Assembly (NCBI GenBank): GCA_030600505.1
Contig: JAUVLY010000001.1
Location: 1 to 35,687 of the forward strand
Direction: 5' to 3'
Source of the DNA: Candidatus Falkowbacteria bacterium
GTDB lineage: Bacteria > Patescibacteriota > Patescibacteriia > Patescibacteriales > UBA12075
Length of the DNA stretch: 35,687 bases
Positions 24,985-32,760 of this stretch are shown piece after piece. The position numbers were made by a program, and so were the translations under genes. Below the pieces are notes generated by a model. The model was not told the DNA's origin. It did not search any database and saw only the letters and a program-made list of their open reading frames with translations. Within the stretch, counting starts at the first letter, position 1. Each line of letters opens with the position of its first letter.

Positions 24985-25210
24985 TTAGGTTTTAGCTTTT
25001 AGGTTTTAGCTTTTAGGTTTTAGCTTTTAGGTTTTAGCTTTTAGCTTTTAGGTTTTAGGTTTTAGCTTTTAGGTTTTAGCTTTTAGGTTTTAGCTTTTAG
25101 GTTTTAGCTTTTAGGTTTTAGGTTTTAGAGTTGACCTATAACCTACAACCTATAACCTATAACCTACAACCTATAACCTACAACCTATAACCTAAAACCT
25201 AACACCTAAC
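24985..25210. repeat. Heptamer tandem array TTTTAG(G/C) x~20 followed by inverse array ACCTA(T/C/A)A x11
   Basis: Directly visible; left arm 24985-25128, right arm 25134-25210. Confidence 0.95.
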
Positions 25211-25219
25211 AGTTTAAGG

Positions 25220-25996
25220 ATGCCCACACTTTACATTGTTGCCACGCCAATTGGTAACTTAGAAGATATTAGTATGAGAGCGCTTCGCATTTTGGGCGAA
25301 GTTGATTTTATATTATGCGAAGATACGCGGGTGACCGCTAAGCTGCTTTCGCATTACAGTGTTAAAACCCCGACCATTTCTTATCACCAGCATTCCAGTG
25401 AAAAAAAACAAGCGCGTATTTTAAATTTACTTAAAGACGGCAATAGCTTGGCTCTGGTAAGTGACGCCGGTACACCCGGGATATCCGACCCGGGCGGCAA
25501 GCTGGTGCAAGCGGTGATTGAAAAATTTAATGCGTCTGTACGGGTTGAATCAGTGCCTGGGCCATCTGCCGTAACCGCCGCTTTGTCCATTTCCGGTATC
25601 CCGACCGACAAATATGTGTTTATGGGTTTTCCGCCCCACAAAAAGGGCCGCCAAACTTTTATTGAACGGATTACTGATTCAATTTACCCGGTAGTGGTCT
25701 ATGAATCCAAACACCGGATTATTAAATTTTTAGAAGAATTAAAAGATTTAAATAAAAAAATCATTAAAAAAAATCAGGCAATCGACGATTCTGTAGAGGT
25801 GCGCCATGGCGCGTCTAAAAAGAAAAAAGAATTAAAATTGCAAAAGCGCACTCCGGTTACATCAGTCGTGGTTTGCCGCGAGCTTAGTAAAATGCACGAA
25901 ACCGTTTATCGCGGCGGCCTGGATCATATTACCGAGCAGATAAAAAATAATCAAGACGACCAAAAAGGGGAGTTTGTCGTGATAGTTGGGAAATAA
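25220..25996 (+). CDS. rsmI: 16S rRNA (cytidine-1402-2'-O)-methyltransferase
   Basis: LYIVATPIGNLEDIS.RA, CEDTRVT, LVSDAGTPGISDPG, CRELSKMHE and KGEFV; contains a Lys-rich internal insertion. Confidence 0.95.
   Translation: MPTLYIVATPIGNLEDISMRALRILGEVDFILCEDTRVTAKLLSHYSVKTPTISYHQHSSEKKQARILNLLKDGNSLALVSDAGTPGISDPGGKLVQAVIEKFNASVRVESVPGPSAVTAALSISGIPTDKYVFMGFPPHKKGRQTFIERITDSIYPVVVYESKHRIIKFLEELKDLNKKIIKKNQAIDDSVEVRHGASKKKKELKLQKRTPVTSVVVCRELSKMHETVYRGGLDHITEQIKNNQDDQKGEFVVIVGK
25793..25816 (+). repeat. GTAG-REP-like palindrome inside rsmI
   Basis: GTAG AGGTGCGCCA TGGCGCGTCT; translated as VEVRHGAS. Confidence 0.65.
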
Positions 25997-26041
25997 TTTC
26001 TCGTAACGTGGAACTCATAACTCATAACTCAAATAGATTAA

Positions 26042-26482
26042 ATGAAAAATATTGAGAGATTTGAAAAATATATTGTTAGCCAAAAAGCGGTTTTAATAAG
26101 AGATAGTAAGGTTTTGATTGTGGAGTTTACCAATAAAAAAATGGGCTGGGATATTCCGGGCGGAAGATTAGACAAAGGTGAGACCGGAGAGTTAGCTTTT
26201 AGGCGCGAAATAGAGGAGGAATTAGGTTTTAGAGAATTTGAAAATTTAGGGGTGGTTGATTATGATATTTGGTTTACTTCGGATAATATTCCTATTTGCG
26301 GAATTGCTAATTTAATAAGAAACGACAACGATGATATTCAATTAAGCCTTGAACATGGAGATATGCGCTGGATAGACGAAGAAGATATTGATAAATATAA
26401 ATATCTTTGGCCAGAGTTAAGAAGAATGATAAAAAAAGGGTTTGAAAAATATAAAATGTTAAAAGAATTAAATCAAATATAA
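26042..26482 (+). CDS. NUDIX hydrolase
   Basis: Nudix box GGRLDKGETGELAFRREIEEELG. Confidence 0.92.
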   Translation: MKNIERFEKYIVSQKAVLIRDSKVLIVEFTNKKMGWDIPGGRLDKGETGELAFRREIEEELGFREFENLGVVDYDIWFTSDNIPICGIANLIRNDNDDIQLSLEHGDMRWIDEEDIDKYKYLWPELRRMIKKGFEKYKMLKELNQI

Positions 26483-26483
26483 G

Positions 26484-27917
26484 ATGGATAAAAATAAATT
26501 TTATATAACTACAACCCTGCCGTATGTGAATGCCAATCCGCATATTGGTTTTGCGGCTGAGATTATTCGGGCCGATGTGCTGGCCAGATTTGCCCGCATG
26601 CAGAGCAAGGATGTATTTTTTAATACCGGTACGGATGAACATGGATTAAAACTATTCACCAAAGCCAAAAAGCAGGGAATTGAAGTAAAAAAATATTGTG
26701 ATAAATACGCGGCTAAATTTGATAATCTTAAAAAAGCGCTTAATTTGAGTTATGATAATTTTATCCGTACCACTGACGAGCATCACATAAAAGCGGCGCA
26801 GGAATTTTGGAAACGATGCGATGTCAACGGCGATATCTATAAAAAAAATTATAAGATGAAATATTGTATTGGCTGTGAATCAGTTAAGACCGATTCTGAG
26901 CTTGATAAAGGTGAATGTCCTGATCACCCGGGTAAAAAGATAGAGATCATTGAAGAAGAAAATTATTTTTTCAAATGGTCAAATTATCAGGAAAAGCTAT
27001 TAAAATTTTATAAAAAAAATTCTGATTTTGTTGTTCCAGGCCATAGATTAAATGAAATAAGAAAATTTGTAGAACGAGGGTTGGAGGATTTTAGTATTTC
27101 AAGATTAAAAAGCAAGATGCCATGGGGGGTGCCGGTTCCCGGGGACGATGAACATGTTATGTATGTCTGGTTTGACGCTTTGGTTAATTATGTATCCGCT
27201 TTGGGCTGGCCCAATGAAGACGGTAAATATAAAGAATTTTGGCCAGGCATGCAAGTGGCGGGTAAGGATAATCTAAGGTTCCAAACAGCCATGTGGCAAG
27301 CCATGCTCATGTCTGCCGGCCTGCCTAATTCTACGCAAGTGCTTATTTTTGGTTTTATAACTTCAGGCGGACAAAAAATGAGCAAATCAATCGGCAATGT
27401 TGTTAACCCGCTTGATCTGGTTGAGCGGTATGGTACAGATGCAACGCGTTATTATCTACTGGCTGAGCTTAAGCCTTTTGAAGACTCAGATTATACAAAA
27501 GAAAAATTTGAAACAAGGTATATGGCCGATCTGGCAAATGGCATTGGTAATTTAGTTGCCCGTACTTCAAATTTGCTTGAAAAGAATGAGATTGAGCTGG
27601 ATATAAAACCAGGAAGCGACAAGGAATTGTTAGGAGCAATAAATTTACAAATGCAAAAATATTGCTTTGATGAAGCTTTAAAAGTACTTTGGGCAAAGTT
27701 AAGGGAAATGGATGAGTTTATTACAGCCAAAGCGCCCTGGAAAATAAAAGATAAAAATGAAATAAAAAAAGTATTAGAAGTAGTTGCTCAGAATATTTTA
27801 AATGTGTCTGTGTTATTACAGCCTTTTATGCCAGCCACTGCCGATAAGATAATGAAGCAATTTAGTGAGCAGCAAATCAAAAAAGGCGAGTCGTTATTTC
27901 CGCGATTAGAAAATTAA
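26484..27917 (+). CDS. metG: Methionine--tRNA ligase (short form, no C-terminal tRNA-binding domain)
   Basis: YITTTLPYVNANPHIGF, TGTDEHG, YVWFDAL and KMSKS; Zn knuckle CIGC..CPDH. Confidence 0.96.
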   Translation: MDKNKFYITTTLPYVNANPHIGFAAEIIRADVLARFARMQSKDVFFNTGTDEHGLKLFTKAKKQGIEVKKYCDKYAAKFDNLKKALNLSYDNFIRTTDEHHIKAAQEFWKRCDVNGDIYKKNYKMKYCIGCESVKTDSELDKGECPDHPGKKIEIIEEENYFFKWSNYQEKLLKFYKKNSDFVVPGHRLNEIRKFVERGLEDFSISRLKSKMPWGVPVPGDDEHVMYVWFDALVNYVSALGWPNEDGKYKEFWPGMQVAGKDNLRFQTAMWQAMLMSAGLPNSTQVLIFGFITSGGQKMSKSIGNVVNPLDLVERYGTDATRYYLLAELKPFEDSDYTKEKFETRYMADLANGIGNLVARTSNLLEKNEIELDIKPGSDKELLGAINLQMQKYCFDEALKVLWAKLREMDEFITAKAPWKIKDKNEIKKVLEVVAQNILNVSVLLQPFMPATADKIMKQFSEQQIKKGESLFPRLEN

Positions 27918-27969
27918 CGTTATTTTCCCTGGCGGGAAAAGCCGCGCTACAAATGCGGCACATACGAAT
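27917..27969 (+). repeat. Two-hairpin structured element, copy 4
   Basis: ACGT-ta-TTTTCCC(TGGC)GGGAAAA-GCCGCG(CTACAAA)TGCGGC-ACAT-ACGAAT. Confidence 0.85.
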
Positions 27970-27993
27970 TTAAAATTAATTATTTAAAAAATT

Positions 27994-29412
27994 ATGAACA
28001 AAACAAAGATCATTTCATTTATTCTTGTTTCCAGCTTTGTTATGGCTGGTTTTGCCGGAGCCACCTGCACTACTTGCGGAACTGAGGAAACCCCCGTCAG
28101 TAGCGTTAACTCTATTACCCTTACAGGAGAGGGTGCGAATATTAGCTGGAGTGTGGATGGTTATTCAAGCAAGGGTTTTAAAGTGTCCTGGTCAAAGAAT
28201 TCCGGGCCGACTTATCCGACCAGGAGTGGGGACAAATATCATTATTATTCCAGTCCCAGCCAAACTTCAGACACTCTAACGGCTTTTTCCGGTGACGGCA
28301 CATATTACGTGCGGGTTTGCGAATATTTAAGTGGAAAGTGTGGCGTTTATTCTAATGAGATCAGCGTAGTATTAGGTGATGGCACAAGCGATGAGCCAGT
28401 CGCCTGCACTATGGAATATGATCCGGTTTGCGGCAAAGACGGCAAGACTTATTCAAATAAGTGCATGGCCGAGGCCGCCGGGACATATAAAGCTTATTAC
28501 GGCGAATGTACAAATACCTCCGGTGGAGTTGAGTCAATTACTTTAATAAGCAAAGGAGAGTCAGCAATAAAATGGAGCGTAGACGGATACAGTACTAAAG
28601 GCTTTAAAGTCGTTTGGTCTAAGAACGAGCATCCGACATATCCGACCAGAGAGGGCGACAAATACAAATATTTTTCTGACCCAAATTATTATTACACAGT
28701 TTTGTCTGCTTTTTCCGGTGATGGTACATACTATGTCCGCGTCTGTGAATATCTGGGCGGTGCGTGCGGCGTGTATTCAAATGAAATAGCAATTACACTG
28801 GAAAGCGACGCACAGATAAAAGACATAGAGGAAAATGCAAAAACATTAGTTAATAATGATTTGGAGAAAATTTTGGCTGAGCTCCAGGAGCTAAGAAATT
28901 TGGTTAGGGAACAACAGACGCAAATACTTCACTTGCAAAAGCTGCTTATTGGCGTTGCGGCCGTAACCGACGCCATGCAGAATTCAATTAACAGTTTTAT
29001 CACCTATGGCGTGGATGACAATACTAAAAGATTGGGCGAAGGGGAGCGGGCCGCAGTAATGTATTCTTTTAAATCTGCTTTTGGCAAATTGCCGGAAGAT
29101 GAGACGGAAATGGCGGACGCGATCAAAATCGCCAATGGCCGCTGGCCAATTAAAATCAGTGAGGCCGCGGAAAACAAGGCTAAGGAAAAATTTGAGTTTA
29201 TTTACAAACGCGCGGCCAGCGCGGGCCAGGTAAACGATGACGCGGCCGTGGTAGTCATGGCCTATGGCCTGCGGCAAAAAGCCGAGAACCGGAATCTTAA
29301 TTCAGAAAAAAACGGCCTAAAGATTTTTAAAGATATTTATGGTTATCTACCGGAATCAACCGAAGATTGGAATATCTTGCAAGCCATAACTTATAGTGGC
29401 GCTACAAGATAA
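27994..29412 (+). CDS. Secreted protein: two FN3-like repeats flanking a Kazal-type domain, then a coiled coil and a helical C-terminal domain
   Basis: Signal peptide; duplicated WSVDGYS.KGFKV.WSKN..PTYPTR...YYVRVCEYL.G.CGVYSNEI; Kazal CTMEYDPVCGKDGKTYSNKC..YYGEC. Confidence 0.85.
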   Translation: MNKTKIISFILVSSFVMAGFAGATCTTCGTEETPVSSVNSITLTGEGANISWSVDGYSSKGFKVSWSKNSGPTYPTRSGDKYHYYSSPSQTSDTLTAFSGDGTYYVRVCEYLSGKCGVYSNEISVVLGDGTSDEPVACTMEYDPVCGKDGKTYSNKCMAEAAGTYKAYYGECTNTSGGVESITLISKGESAIKWSVDGYSTKGFKVVWSKNEHPTYPTREGDKYKYFSDPNYYYTVLSAFSGDGTYYVRVCEYLGGACGVYSNEIAITLESDAQIKDIEENAKTLVNNDLEKILAELQELRNLVREQQTQILHLQKLLIGVAAVTDAMQNSINSFITYGVDDNTKRLGEGERAAVMYSFKSAFGKLPEDETEMADAIKIANGRWPIKISEAAENKAKEKFEFIYKRAASAGQVNDDAAVVVMAYGLRQKAENRNLNSEKNGLKIFKDIYGYLPESTEDWNILQAITYSGATR

Positions 29413-29501
29413 TTTTAATTTGAAATAATTAATTAGAAATTGAAAAATTAGATATTGAAAATTGTTTAGAAATTAAAAATTAAAAATTAAAAATTCTAAA
29501 C

Positions 29502-30020
29502 ATGCTACCTATTATTGATGTCATTTTAGTGGTTTTATTATCCGGCTTTATTTTTTATGGCCTGTTTTTCGGCTTGATCCGTACTTTTGGCGCTTTTATG
29601 GGCGTGATTGTCGGGGCAATCCTGGCTAGCCGGCTTTATCTTTTTATAGCTGATTTTATTGAGCCGCTTTTTTTTGGTTATAATAATCTTGGCAAAGTCC
29701 TTACTTTTATGGTCCTTTTTTCCATCATTAATCGCCTAGTCGGCCTTGGCTTTTATTTACTTGAGAAGATATTCAATGTTATTTCCATTATTCCTTTTCT
29801 TAAGACCATTAATCGTTTGGGCGGTGCTATTCTCGGCTTCCTGACCGGCGCCTTAACTATCGGCTTACTTCTCTTTGTGATTTCGCGCTACACTTTACTT
29901 GACACTTTCTTAGGCATTTGGCTCAAGGATTCACTCCTGGCCCCGATGTTCCTTAAATTCAACGATTTGCTTTTACCCTTACTCCCTGAGGTACTAAAGA
30001 AATTACAAAGTTTGTTATAA
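29502..30020 (+). CDS. cvpA: CvpA family membrane protein
   Basis: IDVILV..YGLFFGLIR, INRLGGAILGFL.G and DSLLAP. Confidence 0.85.
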   Translation: MLPIIDVILVVLLSGFIFYGLFFGLIRTFGAFMGVIVGAILASRLYLFIADFIEPLFFGYNNLGKVLTFMVLFSIINRLVGLGFYLLEKIFNVISIIPFLKTINRLGGAILGFLTGALTIGLLLFVISRYTLLDTFLGIWLKDSLLAPMFLKFNDLLLPLLPEVLKKLQSLL

Positions 30021-30061
30021 ATAATTTTAAAATTAATCGCACGATTAATCGCACGAATTAT

Positions 30062-30235
30062 ATGGGAAGAAGAACAAAGGAAAATATTCGTAAAATTCAA
30101 AGATCAAGCAGTATGTATTACGTCAGCATTCCGATAGCAATTGCCCGGGAGATGAAATTGCGTGAGCGGCAAAAGGTAGTAGTGGATTATGACAAGCGCC
30201 GTAAGCGGATAATAATAAAAGATTGGCAGAAGTAA
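30062..30235 (+). CDS. Small AbrB/MazE/SpoVT-like DNA-binding protein (57 aa, below the ORF-track cutoff)
   Basis: IRKIQRSSSMYYVSIPIAIAREMKLRERQKVVV..RIIIKDW has the swapped-hairpin pattern; stop is 2 nt before the tsaC ATG. Confidence 0.75.
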   Translation: MGRRTKENIRKIQRSSSMYYVSIPIAIAREMKLRERQKVVVDYDKRRKRIIIKDWQK

Positions 30236-30237
30236 GC

Positions 30238-30903
30238 ATGGAAATAATTAAGATAGATCTTAAAAAAGAAAAGACTTGGGAGATTGAGTTGATCCGTGAT
30301 TATTTGCAGCGTGGAAAAACCATTGCCTATCCCACGGAAACGGTTTATGGCCTGGGTTGCGCCGCCACTAAGGCAAGCGCGGTAAAAAGGGTGCATAAGA
30401 TCAAGCGCAGTCCGATTACTAAACCTTTAATTATTCTTATCAAAAGCTATTGCCAGCTGCATGATATTTGCTATGTAAGCGCTAAGCAAGATAAATATAT
30501 TCGCTCTGTTTGGCCGCGTACCACTAGAGAAGCCCAAAGTTCGGAATATGTACATAATCAACGGCCGACTACCTTTATTTTGCGCAGTCGAGGAGTATTG
30601 CCCGGCATTGTCAGTGGCAATGGAGATTCTTTAGCGGTTCGAATACCTACGGCTAATATTAGCCAGGACTTGCCAAAAAAGCAATTTCTTATTAAAATAT
30701 TAAAGAAGCTTAATGCCCCTTTGATCTCAACAAGCTTAAACAAGCATTGCCAGAAGCCTCCGGCTAGGCTTAGTCAGACAGAGAAATACTTTGTTCCGTT
30801 TACTCCGGATTTATTGATTGACGCCGGACCGTTGACAAAAAAGGCTACATCACGGATAATAGATATAAGAGATATTAATAATATAAATATTTTAAGAAAG
30901 TAG
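30238..30903 (+). CDS. tsaC: L-threonylcarbamoyladenylate synthase (TsaC/YrdC)
   Basis: IAYPTETVYGLGC, KIKR...KPL, SLAVRIP, PLISTSLN and SRIID; likely ATG at 30238. Confidence 0.92.
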   Translation: MEIIKIDLKKEKTWEIELIRDYLQRGKTIAYPTETVYGLGCAATKASAVKRVHKIKRSPITKPLIILIKSYCQLHDICYVSAKQDKYIRSVWPRTTREAQSSEYVHNQRPTTFILRSRGVLPGIVSGNGDSLAVRIPTANISQDLPKKQFLIKILKKLNAPLISTSLNKHCQKPPARLSQTEKYFVPFTPDLLIDAGPLTKKATSRIIDIRDINNINILRK

Positions 30904-30935
30904 TAAAGTAATTAATTATTTCATTTCAAAAAACT

Positions 30936-31076
30936 ATGGGATTAATGGACACACTCAAAAAAATGTTTGGTGGTGGAGGTGATTCCCCAGCTGAAGCACC
31001 ACAAGAAGAAAGCATGGAAGCTCCAAAAGAAGAAAGCACTGAAGCTTCTAGCGAAGAAGAAAATACTCAAATGTAG
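30936..31076 (+). CDS. Small acidic protein with amphipathic N-terminus (46 aa)
   Basis: MGLMDTLKKMFGGGG followed by an E/S/A/P-rich tail; terminator hairpin at ~31097-31153. Confidence 0.6.
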   Translation: MGLMDTLKKMFGGGGDSPAEAPQEESMEAPKEESTEASSEEENTQM

Positions 31077-31158
31077 TTTTCTTTTGAAAATACTTTCCCC
31101 GTTAAGGACGCTGGGTGTTAAGTTTCTACTATCCAGCCTCTTTAACGGGGTTTTAGTT

Positions 31159-31246
31159 GCACGCGAATAGCGCAAACGCGAATGCGCCCACACGAATACA
31201 CATAAAATTATATTCGCGGCATTCGTGTACATTCGCGTATTAGTGT
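31159..31246. repeat. RCGAAT / ATTCGY periodic inverted array
   Basis: ACGCGAAT, ACGCGAAT, ACACGAAT, then ATTCGCGG, ATTCGTGT, ATTCGCGT, ATTAGTGT. Confidence 0.7.
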
Positions 31247-31247
31247 T

Positions 31248-32117
31248 ATGTTTGTAGACACTCACGCCCACTTAAATTTGAATTCCTTTAAAGATGACGC
31301 GGACGAAGTAATTCAACGGGCCTTGCAAAAGGATACTTGGATGATTAACGTCGGTGCGGATTTTAAGTCCAGCCGGCGGGCTTTGGATTACGCCAATAAG
31401 TATGAACGCGGGGTATTTGCCGCTGTCGGTTTGCATCCAATGCATTTATTTAAGTTTAATGCCAAAACAGATGAATATGATTTTAGCACCCGGGGCGAAG
31501 AGTTTAATTATGACGCTTATGAGCAATTAGCCAAATTCCCTAAGGTCGTAGCGGTCGGGGAGGTGGGATTGGATTTCTACCATATGGACATTGGAGTGGC
31601 TAAGGACAAGATTATAAAATTGCAAAAAGAAGTTTTGTGGCAACAGCTGCTTTTGGCCCGTCGTTTGGATTTGCCAATCATATTCCACAGTCGTAAGTCA
31701 TATGACGAGTTGGTTGAATTAATAAAAAGATTTAAAAAAGAACATCGCGATTTAATGCCAAAAGATAAGCCCTCCTACGCTAAAGCTACGAAGGACAAGC
31801 CCTGGGGAGTAGTGCATTGCTTTGAAGGGAGCGAAGATGAAGCTTGGCGTTTTTTAAATTTGGGTTTAATGGTGTCATTTACCGGTTTGATTACTTTTAG
31901 CAAGCGTTTTGACGATTTAATTAGGCGCTTGCCTAATGATAAGTTCATGGTCGAGACTGACTGCCCTTTCTTAGCGCCCGAGCCGCATCGCGGTCAGCGC
32001 AATGAACCATTATTTGTTAAGCATATTGCCGAGCGTATTGCCCAGATCAAAAATTTAAGCCTAGAACAAATCGCGGAAATAACCACTACAAATGCCAGAA
32101 AGTTTTTTAATATATAG
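31248..32117 (+). CDS. tatD: TatD family nuclease
   Basis: DTHAHL, GLHP, VGEVGLDF, IFHSR, VVHCF and ETDCPFLAP. Confidence 0.95.
   Translation: MFVDTHAHLNLNSFKDDADEVIQRALQKDTWMINVGADFKSSRRALDYANKYERGVFAAVGLHPMHLFKFNAKTDEYDFSTRGEEFNYDAYEQLAKFPKVVAVGEVGLDFYHMDIGVAKDKIIKLQKEVLWQQLLLARRLDLPIIFHSRKSYDELVELIKRFKKEHRDLMPKDKPSYAKATKDKPWGVVHCFEGSEDEAWRFLNLGLMVSFTGLITFSKRFDDLIRRLPNDKFMVETDCPFLAPEPHRGQRNEPLFVKHIAERIAQIKNLSLEQIAEITTTNARKFFNI
31770..31800 (+). repeat. CCTACGCTAAAGCTACG-type repeat inserted in frame in tatD
   Basis: Encodes PSYAKATKDK; matches intergenic 13980-14012. Confidence 0.7.
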
Positions 32118-32238
32118 AGCACACTCAAATCTACGAATTCATTTCAAATCTACAAATAAATTAATTAAGTTGATTTTCCTATATTTGTAGATTTGTAGCT
32201 ACATTTGCAGATTTGAGTGCTTGCAGATTTGAGTGCTC
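32117..32238. repeat. 8-mer periodic inverted array (CTACRAAT / ATTTGYAG)
   Basis: GAGCAC..ACTCAAATCTACGAAT..CAAATCTACAAAT followed by ATTTGTAGATTTGTAG..ATTTGAGTGCTC. Confidence 0.75.
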
Positions 32239-32261
32239 AAAACCAAAAATATTTTTACCCC

Positions 32262-32289
32262 TTGACTTTTAGGGGTTTTTGACTACAAT
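32262..32289 (+). promoter_or_regulatory. Putative atp operon promoter
   Basis: TTGACT-16-TACAAT. Confidence 0.5.
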
Positions 32290-32378
32290 ATAACTAGGCG
32301 AATATTTAGGTTTTATTCGCTATAATATATGTGAATTGCCAAGGGCGTATATGCCCTTGCTGTTTGTTTTTTGCGCGT

Positions 32379-32663
32379 ATGGGAGAAATAAAGCAAGATC
32401 CCCGTGTATCAGCTTGGTGGCAGCCGGCAATTATGGTTTTTTTTCGGCTTTCCGTTTGGATTGTGGTACCGGTATTATTAGGGACATTAATTGGCAAATG
32501 GCTGGATAATAAGCTTGATAGCGCCCCCTGGGGATTGATGGGAATAGTCGGCATTGCCTTTGTGATATCAATGGTGGGGTTGGTGATTGAGACGACGAAA
32601 GAGTATAAAAAGATCGTGGGAGACGAAAAAAATTCTAAATCCCAAATTATAAATAACAAATAA
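32379..32663 (+). CDS. AtpZ/AtpI family protein (ATPase gene 1)
   Basis: Two TM segments with G.LIGKWLDNKL.SAPW; first gene of the atp operon; ATG at 32379. Confidence 0.85.
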   Translation: MGEIKQDPRVSAWWQPAIMVFFRLSVWIVVPVLLGTLIGKWLDNKLDSAPWGLMGIVGIAFVISMVGLVIETTKEYKKIVGDEKNSKSQIINNK

Positions 32664-32759
32664 ATTCCAAGCACTAAATCCTAAATTCAAAACAGTTTGA
32701 ATATTTGGTTATTGGAATTTGATATTTATTTGTTATTTGGTGCTTGTAATTTATAATTT
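32628..32759. repeat. 7-mer periodic inverted array (AAATNNN / NNNATTT)
   Basis: AAATTATAAATAACAAATAAATTCCAAGCACTAAAT ... ATTTATTTGTTATTTGGTGCTTGTAATTTATAATTT; overlaps the 3' end of the AtpZ/AtpI gene. Confidence 0.7.
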
Positions 32760-32760
32760 A

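Noticed and set aside
24985..25210. CRISPR array or telomere-like/G-quadruplex repeat
   Set aside because: There are no unique spacers and no cas genes. The units carry at most GG, so the likeness to TTTAGGG appears coincidental.
30942..31271. ORFs 30942..31271 (-) and 30967..31170 (+)
   Set aside because: They are alternative frames over the 30936..31076 microprotein, a terminator and a repeat array.
32719..32760. Upstream TTG start for atpB
   Set aside because: It lies inside the 7-mer repeat arm; ATG 32761 is more plausible.
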